From NCBI GenBank assembly GCA_002269645.1, contig NIVC01003685.1:18937-82936 (forward strand): 64,000 bases of DNA, in the 5' to 3' direction. The number at the start of each line of letters is the position of its first letter. The stretch's first letter is position 1. The notes under the pieces are model-generated. The model saw only the letters and a program-made list of their open reading frames with translations, made no database searches and was not told the DNA's origin. Positions 49,346 to 61,310 of the stretch are shown here, piece by piece. The stretch is from Macrostomum lignano. Lineage: Eukaryota. Position numbers and translations under genes: made by a program.

Positions 49346-49924
49346 TCAATTCTGCCCTCTACTGCAACACCCCGCCCACTTGATTTGGTTTTGCTTCCAA
49401 GCTGAAGCCGCAGAGGGCGCACAACTCCAGCTGTTGCATATAGAGCTCCACGGATGCCATTATAGATGACATTAATTTTTCATTTCCGCCCAAGCCGCCA
49501 TTTAGCTTCATCTACTGAACTTCACCTATACATGTGTTCCCAACAAGCTCACAGGTGGGGCTGGTAGGCAGGTAGGGGAGGCTGAGGCTACCCGCATGCC
49601 GCAACTGAGTAACTGCTAGAGATGAGTTCTCTGCTCCCAGTGAGTGAGTGGCTACCCAGAATGCAGCTGCTTGCCCGCTGTGACACTGAATGGGGGATCT
49701 GTGCTGCAGTGTCCGCTGCACTCACAGCAACCTGAGCTATGAGGTAAGTAATGGACCCGCTAGTGCCAGCACTGCGGGAGGGGACCTGTTGTTGGGACTT
49801 GTTGAGACTAGAGTGGGATGCTGTCCGTCTTCACCTCTTGTTAACCTGCTGCCTGATCCTCCTATAGGAATCCCTCCGCTGGCTTTTTGTCGCATTGTCG
49901 TTCTCTACCTTCGTAATGATGCCT

Positions 49925-51160
49925 CCCGTGCCTTTAAAGTCATCCGCTCTCTACCAAATATTTTCCACTCCCTACTGTGTCATTTCCGCTCTCTACCTAA
50001 TATCTTCCACTCCCTACTGTGTCATTTCCGCTCTCTACCTAATATCTTCCACTCCCTACTGTGTCGTTTCCGCTCTCTACCTAATATCTTCCACTCCCTA
50101 CTGTGTCGTTTTCGCTCTCTACCTAATATCTTCCACTCCCTACTGTGTCATTTCCGCTCTCTACCTAATATCTTCCACTCCCTACTGTGTCGTTTCCGCT
50201 CTCTACCTAATATCTTCCACTCCCTACTGTGTCATTTCCGCTCTCTACCTAATATCTTCCACTCCCTACTGTGTCATTTCCGCTCTCTACCTAATATCTT
50301 CCACTCCTTACTGTGTCATTTCCGCTCTCTACCTAATATCTTCCACTCCCTACTGTGTTGTTTCCGCTCTCTACCTAATATCTTCCACTCCTTACTGTGT
50401 CGTTTCCGCTCTCTACCTAATATCTTCCACTCCCTACTGTGTCGTTTCCGCTCTCTACCTAATATCTTCCGCTCCCTACTGTGTTGTTTCCGCTCTCTAC
50501 GAAATATCTTCCGCTCTCTACCTAATATCTTCCACTCCCTACTGTGTCATTTCCGCTCTCTACCTAATATCTTCCACTCCTTACTGTGTCGTTTCCGCTC
50601 TCTACCTAATATCTTCCACTCCCTACTGTGTCATTTCCGCTCTCTACCTAATATCTTCCACTCCTTACTGTGTCGTTTCCGCTCTCTACCTAATATCTTC
50701 CACTCCATACTGTGTCATTTCCGCTCTCTACCTAATATCTTCCGCTCCCTACTGTGTTGTTTCCGCTCTCTACGAAATATCTTCCGCTCTCTACCTAATA
50801 TCTTCCACTCCCTCCTGTGTCGTTTCCGCTCTCTACCTAATATCTTCCACTCCCTACTGTGTCATTTCCGCTCTCTACCTAATATCTTTCACTCCCTACT
50901 GTGTCGTTTCCGCTCTCTACCTAATATCTTCCGCTCCCTACTGTGTTGTTTCCGCTCTCTACGAAATATCTTCCGCTCTCTACCAAATATCTTCCGCTCC
51001 CTACTGTGTCGTTTCCGCTCTCTACCAAATATCTTGCGCTCTCTTCCGTGACTTTTACGCTCTCTACGAAATATCTTCCGCTCTCTACCAAATATCTTCC
51101 GCTCTCTACCAAATATCTTCCGCTCCCTACTGTGTCATATCCGCTCTCTACCTAATATTT
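49925..51160 (+). repeat. 42-bp minisatellite (ccgctctctacctaatatcttccactccctactgtgtcattt)
   Basis: About 28 copies; shares the ccgctctctacct core with the 21-bp array. Confidence 0.95.
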
Positions 51161-51385
51161 TCCTCCCTTTTACTTAACATTTCCCCTCTCTATCCAACAT
51201 AATCTTTTCCATTAAATTTCAGCCAAACAATCTGATTGCAATTTAACAATCATTTTATCTGCTAAACCTCTGTCGCTTTTTCATCCTCAATGTCACGTGC
51301 ACAACACGGAATCACAACTGAAATATAATCAATGCCAAGTAACAAATTAATGAATAACGCATTTATGATAATTATTAGAACTCAC

Positions 51386-51532
51386 CGGTTTGACTGATAA
51401 GCTGTCGCACCTGTTATCATCGATGTTATTATTATTATTATTATTACTATTATTATTATTGTTGTTCTCAACAAGGCCCGTGCTCAGTCTCAGTTGATTT
51501 GACTCAAATTTAATGCCAACCTGAGCTGACAT
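51386..51532 (-). CDS. Candidate first coding exon of Lhx2/9 (poly-Asn)
   Basis: MSAQVGIKFESNQLRLSTGLVENNNNNNSNNNNNNNIDDNRCDSLSVKP|gtgagt. It ends in phase 0 while the LIM1 exon needs phase 1, so an intervening exon or an indel is required. Confidence 0.45.
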
Positions 51533-51559
51533 GCCTGAGCTGAAAATGCGCTCTGCGGG

Positions 51560-51700
51560 AGGCCGGCTGTGGGATTTGTGCCCCCCCCCCTGGCGATCTA
51601 CTGAAATATTTCAATTGAAACCTAGCCTGCCCCATTGGGGCGGCGCAGGATGAATTTCATTGGCTGAGAGGCCGCACTGGCGTGCTCAGCGATTCGCTCC
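51560..51700 (-). promoter_or_regulatory. Putative Lhx2/9 promoter with two CCAAT boxes
   Basis: attgg on the plus strand near 51634 and 51660, in GC-rich sequence ~100-130 bp upstream of the candidate ATG. Confidence 0.4.
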
Positions 51701-51824
51701 GAAGCTGTGTGTGCAAGCAGAGGGGGCAGTTTCAGAAGACCGAAATTTCAATTTTTTTCACTGGCATAGCATAATAAGAAGTAAGACATGAATGTAAATT
51801 TCACAGGCTCAAAATCTACTTTGA

Positions 51825-52575
51825 ACTAAATTTCATTAGACACATTTTTTTAGAAAAATTTCATTCGACCTAAAGTTCATCAGACCTAAATTTCATTAGA
51901 CCTGAATATCATTAGACCTAATTTTCATTGGACCTAAATTTCATTAGACCAAAATCTCACTAGACACAAGTTTTTTAAAAAATTCATTAAACCTAAATTT
52001 CATTAGACTTAAATTTCATTAGACCTAAATATCATTAGACCTAAATTTCCTTAGACCTAAATTTCATTAGACCTGAATATCATTAGACCCAATTTTCATT
52101 AGACCTAAATTTCATTAGACCAAAATTTCATTAGACCTAAATATCATTAGACCTAAATTTCCTTAGACCTAAATTTCATCAGACCTAAATTTCATTAGAC
52201 CTAAATTTCATCAGACCTAAATTTCATTAGACCTAAATTTCATTAGACCTGAATATCATTAGACCTAATTTTCATTAGACCTAAATTTCATTAGACCAAA
52301 ATTTCATTAGACCTAAATATCATTAGACCTAAATTTCCTTAGACCTAAATTTCATTAGACCTAAATTTCATTTGACCTAAATTTAATTAGACCTAAATTT
52401 CATTAAACCTAAATTTCATTAGACCTGAATATCATTAGACCTAAATTTCATCAGACCTAAATTTCATTAGACCTAAATTTCATCAGACCTAAATTTCATT
52501 AGACCTAAATTTCATCAGACCTAAATTTCATTAGACCTAAATTTCATTAGACTTAAATTTCATTCGACCTAAATA
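51825..52575 (+). repeat. 16-bp minisatellite (agacctaaatttcatt)
   Basis: Direct reading; a short 22-bp array also lies at 53100-53220. Confidence 0.93.
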
Positions 52576-53745
52576 GAACAAAGCTCCGGAATTTTGCTAA
52601 AAGATAACGTTTGATTTCAGGTGATATGAAATTTATAATTCTTGTATCGAATCCTCATTTTGATTTTTGCAAAAACACTGCTTAACTGAGCAGGGCCAAC
52701 CCCTAGGCTCAGAAAGTGCACATGCCCTGACGTCAGGGAAAGTGAGGGCCGCTGGACACCCTGTGTGAGCTGTGTGCATGAGTGCGTACCTGTGTACAGT
52801 ATGGGCGCACTTGTCTGTGCTAATGAGTCATCGGAATATTTTTATCATTATTAAATTAACTATAGTACAAACAACCACCTGTCCTGAAGGCTGTTGAGAC
52901 GAGTATATTAAGCTTGAAAAATGGTCCATGACCTCCCTAAAAATAATGAATAAGACCAACCTGGGTCAGCTGCGAACAGCTGGGTTGTTTAGCAACAATG
53001 GTCAGAAAATATTTCCTTATTTAAAAAAATTCACTTCAAAATTATTGAGACTTTTTATTCTTTATTTTGAAAGTTTTAAAAAACCCACAGTCTACATACA
53101 GACTCTGAACTCAGGGTTTACAGATCCAAACTCAAACTCTTACAGAATCCGAACTCAAAATCTACAGAATCTGAACTCAAATCCTACAGAATCTGAACTC
53201 AAATCCTACAGAATCTGAACTATATATATAATTATTTAAATACTTAACTTGTAACTACTTAAATAGACATGAAAGAAGTTAATTAAACCTGATATATTAT
53301 TTTTTCTTCAGAATCCTCTTCACACTACGCTACTAGTAAGTAGGCTATGGTATTGAAACCGCTATTTTTTAGGTATCAAAAATTCTGGAAATTTACTTGT
53401 ATAACTTTTTCGAAGGATGCACTGCACTGAGGAACAAAAGAAAGCAGCGCTTTTGGCCAGAAGAGAAAAATGAGCACAAGCTTGGGCAGAGAGGTGCAAT
53501 TTTTAAGACCCGCGCGAAGGCTCGGACCCTCCACCAACCCCAGCACTCTGCTCATGAATGTACGCGCGTAGAAGCAACCTGCGCTGGGGGGGGGGCGAGC
53601 AGAGAGGCAGAAAGGTTGCCATGCCAACAGTGCTCAACAGATGATGGCTCGACTCGTTCATTCCTGACCCCCTCACCCCTGCAACTGTATTTTAACACCT
53701 GACTGAGCGGCTTCTCAACTAAGCACTGCTCAGAGCTGGGGCAGC

Positions 53746-56700
53746 ATGAGTTCGACCGGCGACTCACTCGTGGACATCGATGAAGCCATCGAGTTCAGCG
53801 TCCGCGGCTTTATCGGCCAGAAACGGCAGGTGCGACTGCCGCTGACGGCCCTGGCGCAGCACATCGCCCTGCAGGTGCCGGCGCTGGCGCGGGTGCCACC
53901 GGCGCTGCAGGCGCTGCGCTATAACGGTGCCGCGCTGGATCCGAGCCGGACGCTGGACGAGTGCGGCCTGAGGCCCGGAGCCGAGCTGCAGTTGATGCTG
54001 CGAGTCACCGAGTGGCTGGAGATCTTCATCAGGCATCCGCGCGGCGACCGGTGCAGCCTGTTCCTGGAGCCCGGCAACTCCGTGCTCGACATCAAGCAGC
54101 TCATTGAGTTCTACGACGGTATACCGGCGGGCGTGCAGACGCTGCGGCTGCTCGGCCAGGGTCAGCCACCGCTGCCGGACACTCGGACGGTGGCCGACCT
54201 GCAGCTGCGGGACGGAGACGAGCTCACGCAGGAGCTGTCGGTGCCAGACTACCAATGCGGCCTGCCGGAGCTCGACGAGCCGACGCCGGTGACACCGCTG
54301 CCGGTGCCCCGGTTGCCGGTGAAGCCGCACAGGCAGCGGCCGAACCTGCCGGAGCCTCCAAAGCCGCGGGCCAGCGACGCTAAAATTGCCGACGAGGCCG
54401 GATCCGACTTCAGCGACGAGCACGACTTCGGCCTGCCGCTGCTGTTCCCGCACGGCCTGCCAGACAACCGGCCGACGGGCGGCTTCGGCTTCTATATCGG
54501 TGACGAAGAGGACAGCGGAGAAGAGGACGGCGGTGGAGGCGGCGGCGGACCTCCCAGACCGAGACGGAGGAGAGGCTCAGCTAGTGAAGGTGACTCAATC
54601 TACATCTCCGACGATGACGGTGGAGAGGGCGGCGGCGGCGACGGTGAAGGGGGCGGCTTCATGCCTGAAGGCTCTGGAGATGCTGATGACATCATCAATG
54701 GCGGAGGCGGAAGCGGCGGTGGAGGCGAGGGCGAAGGCGAAGGCGAAGGCAAGGGCGAAGGCGACGGTGAAGGAGAAGGAGAACCGCAGCCCCGCGGCTG
54801 GAACGACCAGCCGAGCAGTGACGTGGATGACGACAATGAAGAAAATCTTGAAGGCGGTGGCGGTGGTGGTGGTGGAGTAGCGGGAGACGAAGATGGGGGA
54901 TATGATGACGACGCTGACTTGCCTAGACCGATACCGTTCCGTCCGGGCGGGGTTGACGATGACAGCGGCGGCGGTGGCGGCACAGGTGAGGACAAAGGAG
55001 GTGGCGAAGGAGGAGGCGAAGATGAAGGCGGCCCGGACATGCCGATGCCCAGGGCCGCAGCCTATGACGACAGTGGCGGAGAAGGAGAGGAAGGCGACGA
55101 AGAGCCTCCGGGTCGGGTGACTCCGTTTGTTCCCGCCGACCCGTCTGGAGGCGGCGGCGATGCTGACGGCGGAGGTGGCGGACGCGGCGGAGGCGAGGGA
55201 GGTGTCGAAGGCGATGGAGGCGCTGGTGAGACCGGAGATGCTGGAGGAGCAGCCGACGACCAAACTCCTGAGCCGCGGAGCTCCGGCAATGGAGGCGGTG
55301 GCGGTGACGAGGGCGGAGGGGGCCCTGAAGGTGGCATCGGTAGCACTGGTGGCGGCGGCGGAGGCTCCGGTGGCGGCGAGCAGCCGAACGCTGAAGACGC
55401 TGGATCGGGGGCTCCAGAACCAGGCGCCGCGGCACAAGTGCCAAGCGGTGGAAACGACGGCGGCAGTGGCGGTGGCGGTGTGCCCGGAGGTGCTGCTGGG
55501 GCCGCTGGAGCCGCTGGAGCCGGTGTTCTCGCCGGTGCCGGCGGCGCCACGGCAATCGCGGTTGCAGGAAGCAGCGGCAATCAGCAGCAGGAGCAGCAGC
55601 AGCAGGACGACCGTCGCGACAGAGACAGACGAAGGCGGGATTCTGGCGACTCGAACAGAAGCCGACACAGCCGGCGCAGCAGCCGCAGTCGTCGAAGCAG
55701 CCGTTCTCATCACAGCCATCGAAGTCGCAGCTCGCGCAGTCACAGCTCCAGCAGTGGCAGCTCGCACAGCCACGGCTCTCACGGCGGCGGCGGCGGCGGT
55801 CACGGCGGCAAGAAGCACAAGAAAGGAGGCGTTCTGAAGACCGCTCTTAAATACGGGGCAGCCGCGGCCGTGGGTGCCGGAGCGGTCTACCTTGGCAGCA
55901 AACTGTTTGGTAAAAAGAAGGGCAAAGCGGCCGGCGGAGCGGCCCCGCAGACTCTGAAGACCATCGTGCAGCAGCAGCAACAACAGCCTGGAGGCGGCGG
56001 CGATAGCGATGGCGGTGGTGGCAGCGGAGACGACAGCGGCGGCAAAGGCGGCTCCAAATCCAGCAAGCTGGCAGGCCTGCTGGGCCCCGGAGGCAAGGGT
56101 CTGGCCGGAGCCGTGGCCGGTGCCGCGGGAGGAGTTGCGGCTGGCGTTGGCGGCAAGAAGCTGTGGGACCACGTCAAGGGCAAGCGAGGGCGCAAAGATG
56201 TTGTGACCGCGGAAACGCCCGACGAGCCAGAAAAGGAGACTGTGCATCAACAGGGCGGCAAAGAGTTGCCCGAAGCGGACGAAGACGAACATCATGACTC
56301 ACCAGCTGAAGAATCGGTTGACGAATACGACGTTAAGTCAAACCTGAGGCCGCGAGGAGGAAGAGGGTTGGAAGATGGCTCGGACGAGGAACCCAAGCCG
56401 GGTGGCGGGGGCAAGATGGCGGCCGCGGCGGCGGCTGCAGCTGGAGCTGCAGGCATTGGAGGTGGCATAATTGGAGCGTCTGGAGTGGGTGTGATTGTCC
56501 CGCCGAGCCAACCAAATCAGGAAGCTCGGCCTACGGAGCCACCCACGGAGCGCGACGCGATTCAGGGTGGCAAGGAGCCCCCCGGACCTCCGATTCCATC
56601 TCGAAGAAGACTCACGCCCCAACCGCCAGATGACGAAACGCCGAAGGCGCCGCGCCGGGGTCCCAGCCCGACGCCGCGACTACGGAGGCACCAGGCGCAG

Positions 56701-59700
56701 GCAGATTCACACGCTGACGATGAAAGCGCAGAGCATGACCAGCATGAGGGCGGCAAGGAGGCCCCAGAGCTGCAGATTGACAGCGGTGGAGGAGCTGACG
56801 ATGGTGGGAAAGCTGCACCAACCAAGCGCCCGAGGAGCCGCGTCGCTGCTGGCGACTCTGACGAAGCCAAGCGGGATAAAAAGAGGAAAAAGAAGAAGGA
56901 CGCAGAGGGTGGCCTGCCGATGCCCGTGCCAATATTTGTACCTTCCGAACCGGGCAGACGGGACGATAAACCTCGGAAACCGCCGTCGTACCGAAGCAAA
57001 CTCAGCGACACAGGGGACAGGGAGGAGCCGACAGCGCCGCCTGACTCCGACGCTGAAGCCGCAGCTGACGAAACAAAACAACCAGTCCTTCTGCCCTCCG
57101 ACTTAGGAGACAAGGACGGGCCTCATCCCAAGGGTTTCCAGCCATTAGACGACCAATCCTCAGTGGATGAAAGCCAAGCAAAGGAGGATAAGAAGCCAAA
57201 CGCCAGCAGAAAGGAGGGTAGCAAGTCGAGCAAATCGAGCAAATCGAGCAGCTCGAGTTCAAGTTCAAGTTCAAGTTCAAGCTCGGCGTCGAGTCCCGGC
57301 ACAAAGACAGGCCCCTCAAAAGGCTCTGGTCCTGAGGAAGAGTCCAGTAGCAACCGATGGCGCCAAATGTACGAAGACGCGCTTGGACGGACGCTGCTAC
57401 GCGGTAAAATTCCTGCCCTTTTGTACGGCGGCCGCAAGACGGTGGTACTGCGGAAGAAAAAGCGCTACGTGCACCGACATGCCGGCAAGAGGTTCACTCC
57501 GGCCCCTAAGCTGGGGCCTCGTTACAGTAGGAGAGGGCGAAGCGCAGCTTCCAAGCAGCCAACGCCACAAGCGACGGTGGCTGCCATCGGTTCTGACAAA
57601 TCCGAAGTTCCGCAAGAGAAGCCAAAGCCTGCTAAAAGGTATAAGGACATGGCAACTGACGCAGAACCAATGAAAGAAGACGACTTTATTCTCGGTCAAA
57701 AGAAGGCAGTTGCAAAGCCCGATGTTCCAGCACCCGATGAGCCCCCGGCTCCAGAGCCAAAGAGCTACATCAGCTCTGGCATTCGGCTCGCTCGGATGAT
57801 CAAAGCATCCAGAAGCCGGAAGAATTTTTCTGTGATGTCTGTGGCATGCTGGGTCCGAGGCATTCGCATCCGGCCAGGGCCAGACGACTGTCCGAACAGA
57901 CCCCGTCCACCGTGCCAAAATCGAAAGCGTCGGACGATGAAGCTGCGAAGACGCTTCCGCTACCATCCAAGCAGGACGCATTCGCCACCACTTCGGACTT
58001 GCTGGCGGACTTCAGCCGGCACGGCTCCGTTCGAACTCAACCTTTAGTGAGCGAAGTGGGCACCGAAACGGAGCGCAAAAGTGACGACGAATCCAAGGAG
58101 CAGCCGAGCGTACCAGTGCCCGCTCCGCAGATGGCTGATATTTCAACATCAACTCAGGGCGCAGAGGAGGAGAGCGAGCCGCTTTTTAACATCCCTGATC
58201 AAGCGCGACCCCCAGCAAGCCGGGACAGCCTGGCATCGCTAGTAGAAGAGAAACCCAGCGATGACACGAAGAAGACCTGGAAAAAAGTGGTGGATCCCGA
58301 CGATCTGCTCCCTGGAGGCTGGGACGAGCCATCGGGATCGTCGGATTTATCTAACGGAAAGCCGGACGGAGCCTCGAAGACAGTTGTCGATTCTCACGTT
58401 TGCGTTGATGAGCCTCCAGACAGCGGCCGACGCAGCAGGCAGCGAACTCTGGAATCCAGGTCGTTCCAGACCGAGCCCAGGCCCAGCAGCTCCGACCGCT
58501 GCACACAGACAAAGCCAGAAAAAGCGCCGGAGGAAGATTCCAGCAAAAAGCAGCCTCCGCTTCTAGATGAAAGTCATGGAAAAGATCGCCCAGACGAAGG
58601 ACATGAATTTCGCTCCTCCGATCCTATGAAGTTCCAGAGACCTGCCAACCTTCATGCTGCATCAGAGCCCCACCTGGATGATGGTGCCGAACAGCTGGGA
58701 TTCCCACTTCATCTGAGGTACTATGAGGCATCTGAGGACTCGACTGAGCTTCCCCAGCAACCATCAGAGCATCCTTTATCACGGTGGGACCGGGAAGAAC
58801 TTCTGGCCCTGTTGGAACTCAGCAGAGGTGACGTACAGAAACGCCAGGGATTGACAACTTCCGAGATTGAGGCGGAGCTCGACGCTATTGAGGAGCTCAT
58901 GAACGACGGTGAGAGCGAACTGATGGCGGAGCTGGCCAACTTGAGGCGGCTTCGCAGGGCTGCAACCAAGTCTCCCGAGCTGGCAAATAGCTCGCACTGG
59001 TTGATGGCTGACGCCGAATCGGACCTGCCAACTCCGTCGGATCAGTACTCGGAGCAGGAACTCGCTGTCAATTTCGAGCACAACGAGCTGCTCGACCGTG
59101 ACTTTGCGGCCAGCGGACACAGTCGGGGTCGTGTAGGCAGCGCGCCCCTCTCCAGACGCAGCCGAAGTCTTATCCGGGCCACCGACTCGCCAACCCCCAG
59201 CGAAGCTGCTGTGGAGCGAGTTGAAAAGCTTCTAGCAGCCGGAGTTCGACGAAAGCTGGCCAGCAGAGGACCCCGCGCCAGACCCCCGATTTCTCCTTTG
59301 GCGCCGGCATCTACAGCGTCGGATGATCGGAGTTCAATCATTGAGCCGCTGACGCCGCCTCGAACGCAGCCAGTGGCGCCAGTCAACCGCCGCGTGCCGA
59401 TACAGTTTCTGACAGGTGAGCTCCGACGACCTGGACCGTCGAGTTTCAGTCGAATCCTGCCGCCAGACGCCGGTCAAAACACAGAGTCGCTCCTGCGGCA
59501 GGCTGGTCTGCTCTCCAATCGGCCGGAAGACTTCAACTCGGCATCAAGTACGCCGTCCAGTGTGCGCTCTCTGTCTTCCTGCAGAGCTGAGCGAATCACG
59601 GTAGACAGGCCGCCTGTGCTGCCCAGTTACTCAACCACCCCGCAACAGCAGCCGGTGCCGCCGTCGTTGAAGCAGCGGATCATCACAGACAGCGAGCTGA

Positions 59701-61310
59701 GAGACTGGACTAATCGAGTGTCCGGCCGAGCCCAAGCCGACCAGGAGCCAGTCAAATCAAGTACGATGACAGTTCCACAAGGAACTATTTGGGATCTGGA
59801 ACAGCTGGCTAGACAGGCCAAATCTGAGTTGATCAGCTCCACCGAGAGAGCCAAAGCCATGCTGGAATCGGCGGCTCAAGCAACAAAGATTCGGCAGGAG
59901 TTCAGCGAGCCAAACGGTCATAAGGCGACGCAGACGAAGCGATCCCCAGAAACGAAGTCCAGCATGACCAAAGCTGAGAGTTCGTCAGCTTCAGCAGCTG
60001 CTAAGCAATTGAAAGATGAGCAGCCACCATCAGGGAGTCAGCGCCAGCGAATCCGCGTCACCATCGATGTCGGGCGCCTGCGCGCCAAGCCGCTGTCGGC
60101 AACGCTCGACGCGGACACTCACGTGGAAGACCTGCTGTCAAAGGTGAGCCGAGCCACAGGGCTGGATTCGCAGTGCCTGCGTTTGAAATTCGGCAACAGG
60201 CAGCTCAATAGGGGACGAACTTTGCGGCACTACGAGCTGAGTGACGCCTGTGTGCTCCGACTGTGCGCCGACCAGCTGGTGAAGTGCACCGTGCTACACC
60301 GCAACAGCTTCCTGCCGGTCACGATGCCGCGTAACGCGACGGTGCGGACGCTCCGAATGAAGCTCCACGGTACCGACAGAGCCAGCAAGACTGCCGACTT
60401 TGACCAGCTGCGCATTGCCATGGGTGACCGACTGCTTGATGACGCTCGGGAACTCGTCCGACTCGGCCTGGGCAAAGACGACGTCCTACAAGCGACCGGA
60501 CCAAGCCACTTTGATCTGCGAGTTCGCGTCGGCGACAAAATTTTGGCGCTGTTCGCCGAACCAGACCTGCAGATCGGCACGCTGAAGTCTCTCGTTCACC
60601 GTCTCGGTGGCCCACGGCCCTACGACCAAACCCTGACGCTGCGCGGCCGCGTGTTGTGCGACAGTCGCCGGCTCGCCGACTACTCGGTGACATCAACCAG
60701 CAGCCTGGAGGCGGTCGGGCCGGACCAGCCGGTGGTGCAGATCGCCGTCAGACCCAACTACGAGTTTGTCGTGCCCCTGCGTCCAGGCCTGACAACGAGT
60801 GAGGCTGCTGCGGCGGCGCACCAACTGGCCGCGGATCTCGTCGACAGCAGCGAGGAGCCACCGCTTCGGCTTGCTTGGCTCCCGCCGCCGTCGGCATCAA
60901 CCGATGCGGCCTCGACGCCAGTTGTCGTCCTCGAACCCGACACTCAGCTGGATAGTGTCGAACTCGAACCCGGCGGCGACGGCGGCAACCTTCGCCGGCT
61001 GCATTGCCTGCAGGCGTCGGACTCCACCGACAGCAGCGGCACCGACGGCGGCGCCATTGTGTCCGTGTTCGTCCGCGATCCGAACGGAGCGGCCCGGCTG
61101 TACAGCGGCTGCCCGGCCGACATCGGGCTGGGCGAGTTCCGCGACCGACTTTCGGCCGAGTTGGCGAGCGGCGTCGGCAGCGGCGGTGGAGGTGGTGGAT
61201 TTCAGCTGCGGCCAGTTGGAGCAGCAGCAAGTGCGACGGCTCCGCTGGGAAGCCTGGCCGACAGTCAGGGATTTCTGGTGCTGCAGATGCTGCCGGGTCT
61301 GCCCAGATAA
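53746..61310 (+). CDS. Giant multi-ubiquitin-like-domain protein (~2,520 aa if the single frameshift at ~57741-57800 is corrected)
   Basis: ORF1 53746-58047 and ORF2 frame open 57741-61310. UBL-like units at ~53788-54003, 54016-54240, 60048-60263, 60277-60495, 60508-60714 and, degenerate, 60730-61015 and 61054-61296 (e.g. LRYNGAALDPSRTLDECGLRPGAELQL; LRLKFGNRQLNRGRTLRHYELSDACVLRL; QTLTLRGRVLCDSRRLADYSV). Gly/acidic/Ser-rich linker. No intron evident. Confidence 0.8.

Noticed and set aside
57810-57835. Programmed -1 frameshift at gaatttttc
   Set aside because: Not an in-frame X XXY YYZ heptamer, and the ORF2-frame peptide already looks native upstream of it.
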